Assembly (NCBI GenBank): GCA_039591655.1
Contig: JBDHDE010000020.1
Span: 1 to 47,769 of the forward strand
Direction: 5' to 3'
Source: Gemmatimonadota bacterium
GTDB taxonomy: Bacteria > Gemmatimonadota > Gemmatimonadetes > Gemmatimonadales > GWC2-71-9
Length of the DNA stretch: 47,769 nucleotides
Translations under genes and position numbers: made by a program
Notes under the pieces: model-generated
What the model was told of the DNA's origin: nothing
The model's database searches: none
What the model saw: the letters and a program-made list of their open reading frames with translations, nothing else
Shown: piece by piece, positions 47,413-47,769 of the stretch
How positions within the stretch are numbered: position 1 is the stretch's first letter
Layout: every line of letters begins with the position of its first letter

Positions 47413-47769
47413 TCAGGGCATCCGCGTAATCGCCCAATACTCCGGTCCAGCTCCCTCCCCTCGCAATACGCCTTGCATGATACGCCGAGTACTCTTGTCA
47501 ACCCAATACATGGCGCGGTAGCCGGGCGGGCCGAGCTCGCCGCCATCCACCTTCCAACAGTCCAGCACCCGCCCTCCGTGCTCGAGCGGCTCGTCTCCTA
47601 CCACGCGGATCGTGGTCCACTCCTCACCCCCCTGCCACTCTGAAAAGTGTGGGATCGCAGCCGCATATCCTTCCCTGAGGGGCAGCAGCGGAAACAGCCA
47701 CGGAATCTGACCCTCGATGGGGAAGACTGGGTGATCCAGAGCCTGGTCGATCAGGCGAATCGGCTGATC
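47413..47769 (-). CDS. Hypothetical protein, C-terminal part (5' truncated by window)
   Basis: Frame open to the window edge (DQPIRLID..LLPLREGY..CWKVD..YWVDKSTRR). Confidence 0.65.
   Translation of the reverse strand, partial: DQPIRLIDQALDHPVFPIEGQIPWLFPLLPLREGYAAAIPHFSEWQGGEEWTTIRVVGDEPLEHGGRVLDCWKVDGGELGPPGYRAMYWVDKSTRRIMQGVLRGEGAGPEYWAITRMP

Overview
GC-rich bacterial chromosomal window. The repeated Hanks-type Ser/Thr kinase plus TolB/TPR architecture, futalosine-pathway MqnD and an outer-membrane barrel suggest a diderm such as Gemmatimonadota (inference only). Left part (1-24.5 kb): rtcB, archease and a RidA-family gene split by an oppositely oriented kinase; an HD nuclease/acyltransferase/htpX/lemA block; regulators; mqnD; glnA; an SRAP peptidase; tRNA-Cys. 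Right part: accessory genes, ending in about 11 kb of co-directional, mostly small genes with two broken ones. Main observations: (1) A candidate peptide-signalling module. A 52-aa lipopeptide ending GYMGSGT converges on a 431-aa TPR protein through a shared CTAG stop. It is divergent from a pseudo-receiver/AraC regulator across 21-bp-spaced direct repeats. (2) Two selenoproteins that the ORF track truncates or misses: an ArsM-like methyltransferase (LWAS-U-IGGAL) and an AhpD/CMD protein (CYPU). Each has a hairpin starting 11 nt after the in-frame UGA. (3) A structured ncRNA candidate before tRNA-Cys. (4) 10-bp-phased TGCAA repeat arrays. Family calls come from motif recognition by eye; no searches were run.
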